Assembly (NCBI GenBank): GCA_029953675.1
Contig: JAMWBK010000006.1
Coordinates: forward strand, 992,001-1,056,000
Direction: 5' to 3'
DNA length: 64,000 nt
DNA from: Rhodosorus marinus CCMP1338
Taxonomy: Eukaryota; Plantae; Rhodophyta
Below, piece by piece: positions 1 to 11,471 of this stretch. The position numbers were made by a program, and so were the translations under genes. The notes beneath the pieces are model-generated. The model did not search any database, was not told where the DNA came from, and worked only from the letters and a program-made list of their open reading frames with translations. Each line of letters opens with the position of its first letter. The stretch's first letter is position 1.

Positions 1-41
1 TAGCGCCCTGACGAATTGGCGTCGTCTGTGCAACTGTTCAG

Positions 42-783
42 GTCCCTCATTGTTATTTTTGGTTGCGCCGCGAGCGCGGTGTTGTTTTTCATGCTGCCGA
101 AGGATGAAGCACCCGATCTAGGTCTCGCTGCGTACCTGATAGGGTTTGTCGCCTGCGTTTTTTGGTTGTTTGTTACCGCGAGAGAGGTTGTTCGGGTATT
201 GAAGGCAATCGGCACGTTGCTGCGGGTATGTCCGACGTTAATCATTCTGGAGATTTAATTACTCCGTCTCTTGATGCCACAGTTGCTGATATTTCTCTGC
301 CCATTCTGTGACTCAGATTTCATATTCGATTCTTGGAATGACCGTGCTTGCGTGGGGCAACTCTATAGGGGACGTGGTATCGAATTCGGCAATTGCCAAG
401 CAGGGGAGCCCGAAAACGGCTGTTGCTGCTTGTCTGAGCTCCCCGCTGTTCAACTTAGTCTTTTCGCTCGGGGCTGCGCTTACTATTCAATGCATCCAGC
501 AATACCCAGAGCCGTACATGTAAGCACTTCACGGCTCCAATGTGCGCTTGACAAACCTGGCCGCGTCGTGCACCATGTACTGACCAACGCGGCACTGGAT
601 TGTTTTAGGGTTAAGCACATGGGGGCTCCTTTTTTCAATACGGTAGCATTCCTGTGCTTCGGTTTGATCATGACTGCTGTCGTTGTGTCAAGAAACAACT
701 ATGTGGTTACGAGGGGCTACGCCAAGATTCTTCTAGGCCTGTACGTAACCTATGGGGTCGTCAATATAATGGTTGTTACGTAA
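42..783 (+). CDS. Cation/Ca2+ exchanger (CaCA superfamily, CCX/NCLX-like), 3' part only; gene begins left of the window
   Basis: Spliced exons (introns at about 224-314 and 518-609) encode hydrophobic helices and the alpha-2 repeat ILGMTVLAWGNSIGDVVSNSAIAKQGSPKTAVAACLSSPLFNL; stop TAA at 781-783. Confidence 0.85.
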
Positions 784-2647
784 GTGGACACACTATGTAG
801 GGGTACAATGAGTTGAGCGAGTTGCTAACATGCGATGCTTCGTTCTCTATTAGCTTGCATGTTAAGCTCCCTTGGTGAGACCGGACAGCGTGCTTTCGGC
901 TGCTAAACTTGTGTATTGGAAAGAATTGAGAAGAGCGTCCAACCTCGGTGGATGCGCGGTAGGCTTACTAATCCATTGAATCAAAACCAGGACGTCGCAG
1001 GGAGGCATTTAGAAAATGAATCATACTCAAACGCACTGGATGTGCAAGATCTATGATTTACATCCCAATCCCCCGAGTTCCAGATTCGTGCAAACTAACA
1101 CTATATAAATTGAAACCAAAAGCTCTTGACTAGCCCACTCGCTCCATATTGCGGCACTCGCGGAACGCGAGCCCCGATCGCTCGCTACAAGTTCCACCCC
1201 GCGGCTCACAGTTTAAGAAATGGGAAGCGAAAATGGGAAGGCGGCGTCCGTAGCCAACACCCAACCTCTACCTTTGAGATGGGTCGAACCAGGTCTGCTT
1301 TGGAAAGTGGCTTCGTCGTCGTGCGACACTACTATGCTAAACAAGCAGGCTCCTAAAACCCTAACTAAATCTCTTGCTCGAAGCGAAACCCCAAAAACCC
1401 CCTAGAGGATCTACCCAAGAACCGGGTTGACTGGTGACTAGAGCTTTGATCAAGCCCATCGCGACTGACTGACTGACATTCACCAGCAGACTAACAACCG
1501 ACCACTACCCTTCGACTATACTAGACATGATTACAGCCTTTACATCAGAAGAGAGAAAAAAAAAGAAACGCCATAGACAGCCCATTCACCACACCCTATA
1601 GGGCAACCAGCTCCTATGACAACCACCACATTCTTCCAAATCGAAGCTGTGGGACAGCAGATATCACCCAAGGGACAGGAAACACCCGTCTCTTTTTTTA
1701 CATTTCACAAACGTCCAAAAAACATCACATTTCCTTTTTTTTTCCTGCAAAAATATCCGGCACCACTCCCCCCCCCTCCCGCCACTAAAACATCTTTCTA
1801 TTAAAAAAACCAATATTCAATCCATTTGTATATTTTGACTGCATATTTATATTTTGAACAAAATTTCTACTCAAAAATCCTTATCGGAAAGAAACAAAAC
1901 TAGGGGTTACGAGATTTTCTTTTTTACTTCGACTGGAAATTAGTTCGATATTTTCTTTCCCTCCTAAGAAAAGCCCTACACCCACTCTCTCAACCTTTAT
2001 AGATGAATAATGGAATTATTATTGGCGATATCCTGTATCATCGAGAGATACCGGAGAGGAAGAACCGGGGGGGGGGCGGTGGAAGGCAAAGTTAGTAAAT
2101 GAATAGAGTTGTTGGAGGCAGGATCTTTATAGGGGTAGGTTGACTGGTGTGGTCATATATTTTAGTTTAATTATTGCCTGTTTTGGATTCCTGGTAGTGT
2201 GTTGCTGGCCCATGTTTTTCTTTTGTTTTATTGGAAATACCCGCAAATGTTACTGAGCAGCAGGCGACTTGGAGAGGAAAGAGATTGAACGCGAAAAAAA
2301 TCAACAGAATTTTTTTTTCGTTTTTTTTGTATGCGTTTCACGTCTTCAGTGCTTTGATGGACTACGCTATTTGTGTGCTGAAGAGGATAAATGTTTAGCT
2401 TTTTTGGGTGGGGGGGAATGTTCGCAGAGAGGTTGGGAGGTTGCAAAAGGCTTGAAGACAAGGTGTGGTTGGAGTTGTCGGACGTATAGTATTTCATGCT
2501 GGATTTTGATTGTTGTAGGACGAGCAACAGAGAGATAGAGAGAGCGGGGGAGGAGTGAGTGAGTGAAAGTGAGTGAATCGGTAGTTTTGTTGTGGTGTTT
2601 TTTTTGAAGAACTGCTTTTGTTTTGAGGGAGGGAGTTCTTGGCCGAG

Positions 2648-3678
2648 ATGGCTTTTGTGTATAGTGGATATGCCAGGAAGATGGTGAGGAGGGAAGTTCA
2701 GATGAGGGGGAGAAGGTCATCTCGATGGGTCCCGCGTGAGGTTGGCAAATATTCAGATCGAAATCAGCAGGAGGTTATGAATGAGGTTCGCGTGGAGTTG
2801 GAGAAGCTGCAGACCGTCTTGGAGCGGGAGAACGACAAGGGTCGAGCCTTTGCGACGTTTCTGGATTCTACGACCTTTGCAACGAAAATCGGCTTGGGAA
2901 TGCTTGCGACTGGATTAGGGCTTACCGTCGCCTCCGTTCTGGCTGTGTTTGCTGCGTCGATGGTTCCTGTGATTCTGATTCCAATGATCGGAGCGACGGC
3001 GATCTTCATGTTCGGAGTGACAGCGTTGGCTGGCGCGTCTGTGCTATTCTTCGCGCTTCCGATCCTTGCTCTGGCTAGCACAGTGAAGGCACTTGTAGGG
3101 ACTCTTGCCTTTGGAGGGATGGCTTTTTATGGCGTGCGATACTACAAACGCGTCATCTCTGAGTCGAAAGATTCGGAACCAGTTATCACAGTCGAGGCTG
3201 AGCCACGGTATTTCCTGCTTGATAGTTCTTCTCGTTTGAGGCCATTACTTCAGGGCATTAGTTGCTTAATTTATGCATATGGATTCTCTATTCATAGGGT
3301 GGACACTTTCAAGTCACAGTTTTCAGACCTGAAGAACTTTGATGACCGGCTTCGGTCCGAGTTCAGGAGCCAGGACCCACGGGACTGGAGCGCAACAGAC
3401 GTGGCGCATGAGATGCGCATGCGTGGCATTACATTCTATGCTGAAGTGTAAGGCTAATTTCCATAAAATCAGACCCACCCTCCTTTCCTCCCTGGTCCGC
3501 TGAAAATGGCTGAAAATTGCTTTCCTCAAATTCCCGCATTAGATTTAAATCGGAGGGCATCGATGGCTCGGTTCTTGTCGACCTCCACGAGAGGGATCTT
3601 CGGGAAGAGTTCCCGTCGATGCAGTTGTCGGATCGGAAACGTATACTCAAGCTGATTAGTGACCTGCGCGAGCTGTAG
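2648..3678 (+). CDS. Predicted plastid-targeted membrane protein with a long hydrophobic segment and a C-terminal SAM (sterile alpha motif) domain; 2 introns
   Basis: ATG 2648 starts MAFVYSG with an Arg-rich transit-like leader, followed by a ~80-aa hydrophobic stretch. Splicing GAAGT|gtaagg...ttag|ATTTAAA gives DWSATDVAHEMRMRGITFYAEVFKSEGIDGSVLVDLHERDLREEFPSMQLSDRKRILKLISDLREL*, matching the SAM pattern W..DV.....Y...F....IDG..L..L...DL.......RK.IL. Confidence 0.7.
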
Positions 3679-4249
3679 ACTCTGTCCTGCTCAGGTGTCA
3701 ATACCTCTTGACGAGATGCAGGTTTGAGTCACTGCTTGTATCACACATAATTTTCGCTTGTTGGTGTTTTCCGACCCCTCTACATTATAATGGTTGGTCT
3801 TGTACAAAGAGCCAACAATGCAAGGAACGTAAAAAGATTTGTATAGCAGCATTGTCGTTTGTTGTCCAATGGGACGTTTGAGTACTGACGACTAAAGCAG
3901 GACAAAGAATATTGATCACCTGCACTATCTACAATGCTGTTATTCACGGATCCAAGAAAAAAGACGATGAGGATGAAGTCATAGACAGAGTTGATCTTGA
4001 ACAGAGCTAAGCGCTGCACTGAGTAGCGGCCGGAGTGTTGAAAGGTTGCGAAAGTCATCGCAGACTATCCCTCTCCTCAACAAGAGACGGCTGCAGTTTT
4101 TTCTTGAAAGCGGGGCCACCAGTTTCCCTTCAAAACCAAAGAATAATTGTTTATTTAAAGACCGCAGAAAACAAGTCAGTCGCCAGTGCCTACATTTCGA
4201 GCGAGAGCACGTTGTTCAAGTCAAGGTCCATTTTCCAAGCCCACTGCTT

Positions 4250-4784
4250 TCATTGCCTGAGGATACCCAGAACGCGCAAGAACGTCTCGACCTGCTGTGG
4301 AATTGTCTCTCCAGTAATGAGTTCCGTCGTATAGCCGGTGAAGAGACCGAACATAGCCACCTGAGAAATACACAAGACCTCCAATGAGATTCTACATCGG
4401 TCGGGTTAAGATTCGAAAAAGTAGGATGTCGAACTTGGAACTCACTCTGCAGTTCAGATCCTCCGCTCGATCGGTCCATCCAAACAGTTTGGATTGCTCG
4501 AACTCCTTGCGTAACCTTTCTTTCTTCCACTGCTCTGACAACGCGTTCAGCGCCTGCTTTTGATCGGAAAGTTCCTTCCCTTCAATTTTCATCATCCCCG
4601 GAGGAGGTCCTTCATAAACCTCATCCTTCCTTTCTACAATCTCATCCAACTTTGCCAACTCTGCGTCTCCAAAGCCTAACCTCGCCACAGAACGAGCAGA
4701 CTTATGGCGACAAACAGACTCGTCGCATCTGTCCAGATTTCTCACCCCACCAGCTACCCCTCCGCTCACGAAGCACAAAGTCAT
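4250..4784 (-). CDS. OHP2: One-helix protein OHP2-like (LHC/HLIP superfamily), plastid-targeted; 1 intron (4445-4361)
   Basis: Spliced product ends KLFGWTDRAEDLNCRVAMFGLFTGYTTELITGETIPQQVETFLRVLGILRQ*, containing the LHC ExxNxRxAMxG motif and an OHP2-like tail; N-terminal MTLCFV transit-like peptide. Confidence 0.75.
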
Positions 4785-6933
4785 CGTATACTTTCCTTTT
4801 CCAACGCCAAAAACAAACAAACAGCCTGGGCAACTTTCGGAACGCAGCTCTCTCTCACCAGTTTCGCTACCCCTGATTCCCTGGTGTTCTCCTCACAGGG
4901 CCATCTTCCCGTTTCTATTTTACTTAGTGCACAGAATTCGCCAACCCACCTTAGAACACCGTTCCATCACTACCCTTAACATCAACATTCACCAATGAAG
5001 CCGATCGATTGCGGCCACGGATTGCCTTCCAGGGACCAGTCCTGAAATTCTTGTGGAAGCCATTCAATGTTCTTGGTACCACCCCCAAAGATCCATCCTA
5101 AATTCTAGTATGAAGAAATGCACTATAATTTGCTGATTCTTGTAATTTGTACTTAGGGGGGGTTGATTTATTTTTTTGATTGATTGGAACTTCGTCCGTG
5201 GGGGGTGGGTGGGTGAAGCAAGCTTAGGGTTTGGTTTCCTCTATTATGTATGTGGCGAACTCAGTTATGGTTGGTTTGACAGAGTTGACATTGCTTGTGC
5301 AACACGAAAACCATGCATCCGATGGCGTGCCTGCGTGCCCTTCCTCTGTGCGCCGTCAGAGGAGCCGCATCGCCGATGATGATCGGGTGTTTCTTCGTTT
5401 CACATCCCTCAAGCAAAGGCGCCCGGCTGAAAGGTTGCCGTAGTAGTAGAGGGACACAATCTGCATTACAATGTTCAAGTTGTTCTGATGTCAACTACTC
5501 TGGGGAGAAAAGAAAAAATCCACTGTGTGGGAAGGAGAGGAAACAACGAGAGATTCCCGAACCCAAATTCTCGTGGGCAGACTCACACACGCAGGGATTA
5601 GTCTATGGTGGATATACTTTCAACTATACATATCTAAAGATAACCAACTTTGTGGAAACATCTTCAGATATGTAGTCAGACTTGCTCTCGGATTATACAG
5701 AACCCTAAATCCCACACGCCTTTCATCAATTCCGCCAAAACCAATGACTACCCAAACAACCCCTCGCAAAAGAAGTCCCGAAAAAGTACTCTACCTTATA
5801 AAACTTAATAAAAGTAACATCTGAAACAAAATATATACATAATTCTAGTATGCAGACGGGTTGCTAATTCTCATCGTGCGGAACGTCAAAAGGAGATGGG
5901 GGGGGGGAGGCGTTCCAACAGAGCAAGACCCAGATGAAAGAAAATAAGAAGTTTTAGAAGCTGCCTGTCGATTTTAATCAATTCCCTCACCCCCCGTGGA
6001 CAGTTTTGTATCGCAGTTTTTCCCCGAAACTAGTTCCTTATTTTTATTTTTTTCTGAGGGCAATGAAAAAATACCAACGCCAAACTGCAAATGATGCAGG
6101 GGGTGTTTCCCGTTGTAATTCTAGATCACTCAAAAATATAAGAAAAACAAAACACCCCCTTTTAAAGCTCCCCCCCCCAATTTTTTATTTTTTATTTGGC
6201 TATTTTGATCCCTTTCATCTCTGGCCGTCCAGAGGAATACAAAACAAAAACAAAAAAAATAGCTCCTCAGATGCAAAAAAATGCGTCACCCTGCACCGCC
6301 TAATTCAATCTATTTAACTGATAGAATCATTTGAATTATATACATAATAAAGATTTATTTTCCCATTGATTGAATCTTCCGGTGGCGTACCACTTTCTGA
6401 TTGAAAATCCAGATGGGAGATGCCTACGTTTTTTGGGACCAATTTATGTATCCTAAATATCCAAAATAAGGATAAGCTGGAATATAATACTGGTATTTTG
6501 GTAATATGTTATGTCGTGAGGACATTATTTTGAACGTGTATGGAGTTGCTTTAGCAGTGGACAACATTTGACGGGTGGGTGGGTTGGGAAGGGGTGAGAG
6601 GGGGGAGGTGGGCGGGGGCAGGGGGAAGGAGGTTGGACTGTGTGGGTGGCTTAGCACGAGGGAGTTTTTGTTTTTTTTGGGGGGGGGGAGGGGCGAAGGG
6701 AGGGGGACTGAGGTGAGAGGGAGTGAGAAGGGTTAACAGTGAATGTACAGGGGAGACAAAGCCGATAAAGTTATATTTTGTGTGTGTGTGTTTTTTGGTT
6801 GGTTTTTGGGAGAGGGATCTGATGAGGGTGAATTGAGAACTTTTGTTTTGGGCCGGGTGAGGGGGTAGTTCTCGAAAAGCTGGAAAGGTGGAGTTTTGTT
6901 GGGGAGTTATTTGCGTGTTCGAGAGAGGTTGAT

Positions 6934-9028
6934 ATGTCGCGTGCGGGGTTTCCTACGAGTCGGTCAAACCCTGGCGTGGTTCAGGTTAGGGATGACTCGT
7001 ACACGGACAGTGGGGATGCCAAGAACGCAAATCCGGGCGATGTCAAGGCTCTGTCTTTGCTCAGCCGGATCAGGCCGTTTGGCCAGGCCAAAGTTTTTTT
7101 GAGGCAACGGGTAAGTTGATCGCGTCTGTCTCTGGATGGATCGATGGGATGGGTTTCGGGATTGACAAGAAACGCCTATGTGCTTTTGTTCAATGCGAAG
7201 ATGGCGAGCTTCCACATGGAGTGGGTTGCTTACCAAGCTGAGATCAGGGGGTGCTTCATCCTATTCTACAACAGTGGGAAGACTTTTGACCCGGAAACTT
7301 GCGAGTACTTGACGCAACTGGATTCCGTGCTGTCTGTACGAGAATGTGAAGTTCATGGGCTCGTGATTCAGGGGCGTGGCGAAGTGTTGCAATTGAAGAA
7401 CGGCTCCCAGTCCGTATTTATAAGCTTTGAGAAGTCAGAGACATTGGAGAAGTGGAAATCCCCGATAAGCAGAATCGCGAAGCAACCACGCGTCACAGTA
7501 GACGATTTCGAAGTCCTAGCACCAATCGGTATTGGAGCGGGCGGCAAGGTAACATTTCTCTCCTAGGACCTCGATCCGGTTTCGCCAGCGTTGCTGACGT
7601 GATCAATATCAATTTGTCCTTTTTCAACCAGGTTTTCCTCGTTAGAAGAAAAGGCTTCACCGAGAAACTAGCCATGAAAGTCATCGACAAGCGAAAAGCA
7701 GTGTACATAGATCATTATCACTTCCATCACGCCATGGATGAGCGGTTCTTGTTGGAGCTAGCCAACAGTAACCCTTTCTGTGTGCAGATGAAGTATGGAC
7801 GTTCGCACGGCTAAATTCGTTTCGATACTAGCACAGAATCTCACCGAATCCGAGCGGGTTGGTTTATATTTCCACAGGTATTGCTTTCAATCGTCGTCCA
7901 AATTCTACTACGTGATGGAGTTTTGCGAGGGAGGTGATATTTTTGGGTACATGTGGAAGCAGAAGAAGGCTGTCGGCGAACCACGCTCAAAGCTTGTCGC
8001 TGCTCAGGTGTTACTTGCTCTCGAACACATTCATTCTGTTGGTAAGCACAGAAGGTCCTCGTAGCGATTCTTCATTTCAGGCGCGAGGTGACAGGAAGCT
8101 GAGCCACTCGCTTGTCCCTCGTCCAGGCTATATCTACAGAGACCTGAAACCGGAAAATGTACTGATCGATGGCCGAGGATTCGTTAGACTGACAGATTTC
8201 GGGTTGTCGAAAAGATTGAAGCCTGACGTTCGGCTCTCGAGGACGAACACCATTTGCGGGACCTTCTCCTACTTGGCACCTGAAATGCTCCAGGGCAGAT
8301 ACAACTCTTCTGTGGACGTTTGGACGTTTGGTATTCTGTTGTACCAGCTGATTACAGGCGAAACGCCATGTAATGCACGGTAAGCCCCGCCCCCGTAGCC
8401 CTGAAAATGGTGGAGGGAACCAATTTTGCCTGAACAGTCGAAATCTCTGTGACACTCAACAGATCTGTGGAGGATGCCCGAAGATATTTCCGTAGAGGCA
8501 ATCCAGTGGAGTACTTTCCCGAGCTGATGTCTGAGGAATGCGTTTCCTTCCTGAAGTCCGTCATAACGCCGACCGTCGAGGAACGTGTCGGCGCTGGAAA
8601 AGATGGTATCTCAGAGCTTAAGTCTCACAGCTTTTTCTCGGACGTGGACTGGGATAGCTTACTGGCGAGAAAGGATGGGATGGAGTCTACTCTGGATGTG
8701 CGTCGCATATAATGGAAGCTAATTTCGTCTGCGAACGACGTTCGTGCTTGTGCTCTGCTCTCCCTGCTTGAGCTGACACAATTTGTTACCGCTTCTCCAG
8801 GTATCATTTATCAACCGAACTGTATCCAGTCACGACGATGACGAAGTGCAACTAGTTAGGAATTTCGACATGGAAGAGCTGAGGGGAGTCCGCTTCGAGG
8901 GTGAATTCAGCAACTCATTTGATAGCGATTGGACAATCTTTCCCGTTTTGAAATGGAACGAGACTGGTGGAGATTTGAGCCCTTATTTCTTGCTTGGCTT
9001 CGACTATTTTTCCGAGGAAGCTAACTAA
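6934..9028 (+). CDS. AGC-family Ser/Thr protein kinase with an N-terminal PH-like region; multi-exon
   Basis: Motifs across exons: GIGAGGKV, LAMKVIDK, YYVMEFCEGG, YRDLKPEN, TDFGLSK, CGTFSYLAPE, DVWTFG, HSFFSDVDW (AGC C-tail) and the terminal hydrophobic motif FLLGFDYF. The PH assignment is tentative. Confidence 0.9.
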
Positions 9029-9986
9029 GATGAGGCGAAAAAAGCGCAAACGGGTTTTAGTGAAAGACATGACCCTCTGCGGACGGCATTGAAGCGTGGG
9101 TTTTCCCGGGTTCTTATATTATTACGGTGTGGGCGAAAGCATACTTGAGTTGGGAGAATATTACCCCAGTCAAGGTACTCAGTGTTGAATACCCGGCGCA
9201 CGGGGCCACTGCATATTTGAGGTTTTCTTACACCCCCTTTTTAACACTCCAATTGCGAGATTGCATGAATTATATCAAAGCTAACCATTGACATGAACCC
9301 CCTGCCAAAGCTCGAATGTCTCGTCCCCTCCACATATATTCCGGGATACCCTGGCTGGTTACGGATAGCAGCTCTTTCTTTTCCTGGCAAACTCGATATC
9401 CCCGGTTGCAAGCTCGTTGAACTGTCGGTAGAGTTCATCAGGCTCAGGTCCAAGCTTGCAACAGATCCAAATTTCATACAAGTACAGTATCGAATCTCTA
9501 CTGAAGTGTCTTTAGCCAAGGTTCAGTGCTGCCAGTCTTTCCTCGGGGGAAGGAAAGACTCCGTTGTTAGAAGTCCTAGAACTTGAAGCGCGGACTCGCC
9601 AGCAGACTCTGCCTCCTCGCCGTGATTGGTTCCCTCTGTTCTTGCAGAAACCTATCAGTTACCGTGAGACAAGGTCTCGGTACGATCCATCCTTGGGACC
9701 AGTCAACGCGTTTCGCATGCCTACAGCAATTCAATTCTGTTTTACTCATTTCATAGCAGGCATAGTCAGTTTGTTTTTCTGGTTTGCCGAGGCGCGACCC
9801 ACAGTTCAGAGGACGTGCGGTAAGCCAACAACCTGGCGAATCTGACGAAAAAGTTACGTAGGCACGAGTGTGGATCACACGTACAAGCCGACCTGCACTA
9901 GCACGTACAAGTGAAACGAGAACAGATATATAGCAAATTCAAGACTATAGACAGCAGAGCGACGAATCAGTCTTGTCAGTTTCGCG

Positions 9987-11471
9987 CTACTGTTCCTCCT
10001 CCTTCTGATCATCCAAGCAGGCCACTGCACGGGGGTTTCCAAACTGATCAATGTCGTGGCAGACAAGTGGCCCCTGTGCCATAAGACTCTTGTAGTTGCA
10101 CAGAACAGGATCGGGTTCGCGACTCTTATCGTTACACACGCAGTCGTGCTCCTCATCTTCCAAGTACGGTCGCAATTCCTCACAACCCCACAGATTAGCG
10201 CAGACCTCCTGATAGTTCTTCAGCACAACACATGGGCTGTCCGAAAGCGCCTTTTCGAAGCGAGGCGTGTTGTCCTCAGCCTCCAAACCAAGGAACTCGT
10301 AGATTTTGTTCATCACCCCAGCATTGTCTCGCACGTAGTCTTCGTACGTAATGTGAAGTATACACGGCCATTGGACAGAGTCTCTCAGGGCGAGGACCTG
10401 ATTCATCCCGTGCTTGGATATGTGCATAAGGTAAGCAAAGAATCGCAGGTTTGTGACGTCATAGTAGCACGATTCCGGGTTTGCCTTGCAGTGAGTTTCG
10501 GCTTCCTTCGCTGACAAGCCCTGCTGAGCGGAAAGATCGAATCTCGCGCGGATAGTATAAAGACCAATCGCAGCCTTGAAGCAGTTGTCACGTGTGAGCA
10601 CAATCAACCGCGTCTTGTAGCTGCTTACGAGCTGGTTCCAGAGGTCTGCAGCACCGAGAACATGCCCTGGACGCAGCTTGAAGCCAGGTTTGAGTCCTTT
10701 TTCAATGGATGCGTCGAATTTCACCCTAGTCATTTGCGCGGCCATTGCCGAACTTCGAGCCTTCTGCAGTGGCTCCATGGGCCACGGTATTTCAATCATT
10801 GAGTGCCTCCACAGCGTGGACATGATCGCCGATGAGCCAGAATGCCCGACAAAGCCCATTAGGAAAGATTCGCAAGGCCCGCTACAAACGTCTGCCTGAT
10901 CTCCGGAGCTAGTCTCGACTTGGGGAACCGTCGAAGCCGGCTCAGGCGCAAATTGTGCTCCCGGTTCCATGTTGGTAAGCGTTGGAACTTCACCAGCAAC
11001 TGCGGTGTTGTCACCTAGCAGAGTATTTGTTGGCGGAGCAGTCCCCATCGGTTCACTTGTTGCGGGAGCGTTCGTCATCGCCTGAGTTTCAGGAACTAAC
11101 AGATTCTGCGCGGGAGGAGCCATATCATCGATCGTTGTAGTTGACAATAATCCTGGTTCCTGCGGGACAACCTGCTCACCAACTGCCCACTGATCGGTTG
11201 CGTCAGTCTCCTCATGAGGATCCTCTCCATAGTAGCTCAGATCCTGATCCGTTGCGACAGTCTCCTCACGAGGATCCTCTCCATAGTAGCTCAGATCCTG
11301 ATCGGATGCAACTGTCTCCTCACGAGTTTCCTCTCCATAGTAGCTAAGATCCTGATCCGTTGCGACAGTCTCCCCACCAGCTCCCTCTCCATAGTAGCTC
11401 AGGCCCTCTCCCCTACCAAGCGCCACAAGCACGCAAAACAATACCACCAAATGAAGCCACGTCGAGTCCAT
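9987..11471 (-). CDS. Secretory-pathway sulfotransferase-fold protein (Stf0/NodH-like), copy 1; intronless, 494 aa
   Basis: Signal/anchor MDSTWLHLVVLFCVLVALGRG; 5'-PSB-like FVGHSGSSAIMSTL; GFK motif (KPGFKLRP); 3'-PB-like LTRDNCFKAAIG; HITYEDY; KIYEFLG; Cys-rich C-terminus. Confidence 0.7.
   Translation of the reverse strand: MDSTWLHLVVLFCVLVALGRGEGLSYYGEGAGGETVATDQDLSYYGEETREETVASDQDLSYYGEDPREETVATDQDLSYYGEDPHEETDATDQWAVGEQVVPQEPGLLSTTTIDDMAPPAQNLLVPETQAMTNAPATSEPMGTAPPTNTLLGDNTAVAGEVPTLTNMEPGAQFAPEPASTVPQVETSSGDQADVCSGPCESFLMGFVGHSGSSAIMSTLWRHSMIEIPWPMEPLQKARSSAMAAQMTRVKFDASIEKGLKPGFKLRPGHVLGAADLWNQLVSSYKTRLIVLTRDNCFKAAIGLYTIRARFDLSAQQGLSAKEAETHCKANPESCYYDVTNLRFFAYLMHISKHGMNQVLALRDSVQWPCILHITYEDYVRDNAGVMNKIYEFLGLEAEDNTPRFEKALSDSPCVVLKNYQEVCANLWGCEELRPYLEDEEHDCVCNDKSREPDPVLCNYKSLMAQGPLVCHDIDQFGNPRAVACLDDQKEEEQ
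11187..11402 (-). repeat. Intragenic 54-bp (18-aa) tandem repeat x4: LSYYGE-x4-ETVA(T/S)DQD
   Basis: Directly visible in DNA (ctccatagtagct(c/a)agatcctgatc recurring every 54 nt) and in the translation. Confidence 0.95.
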
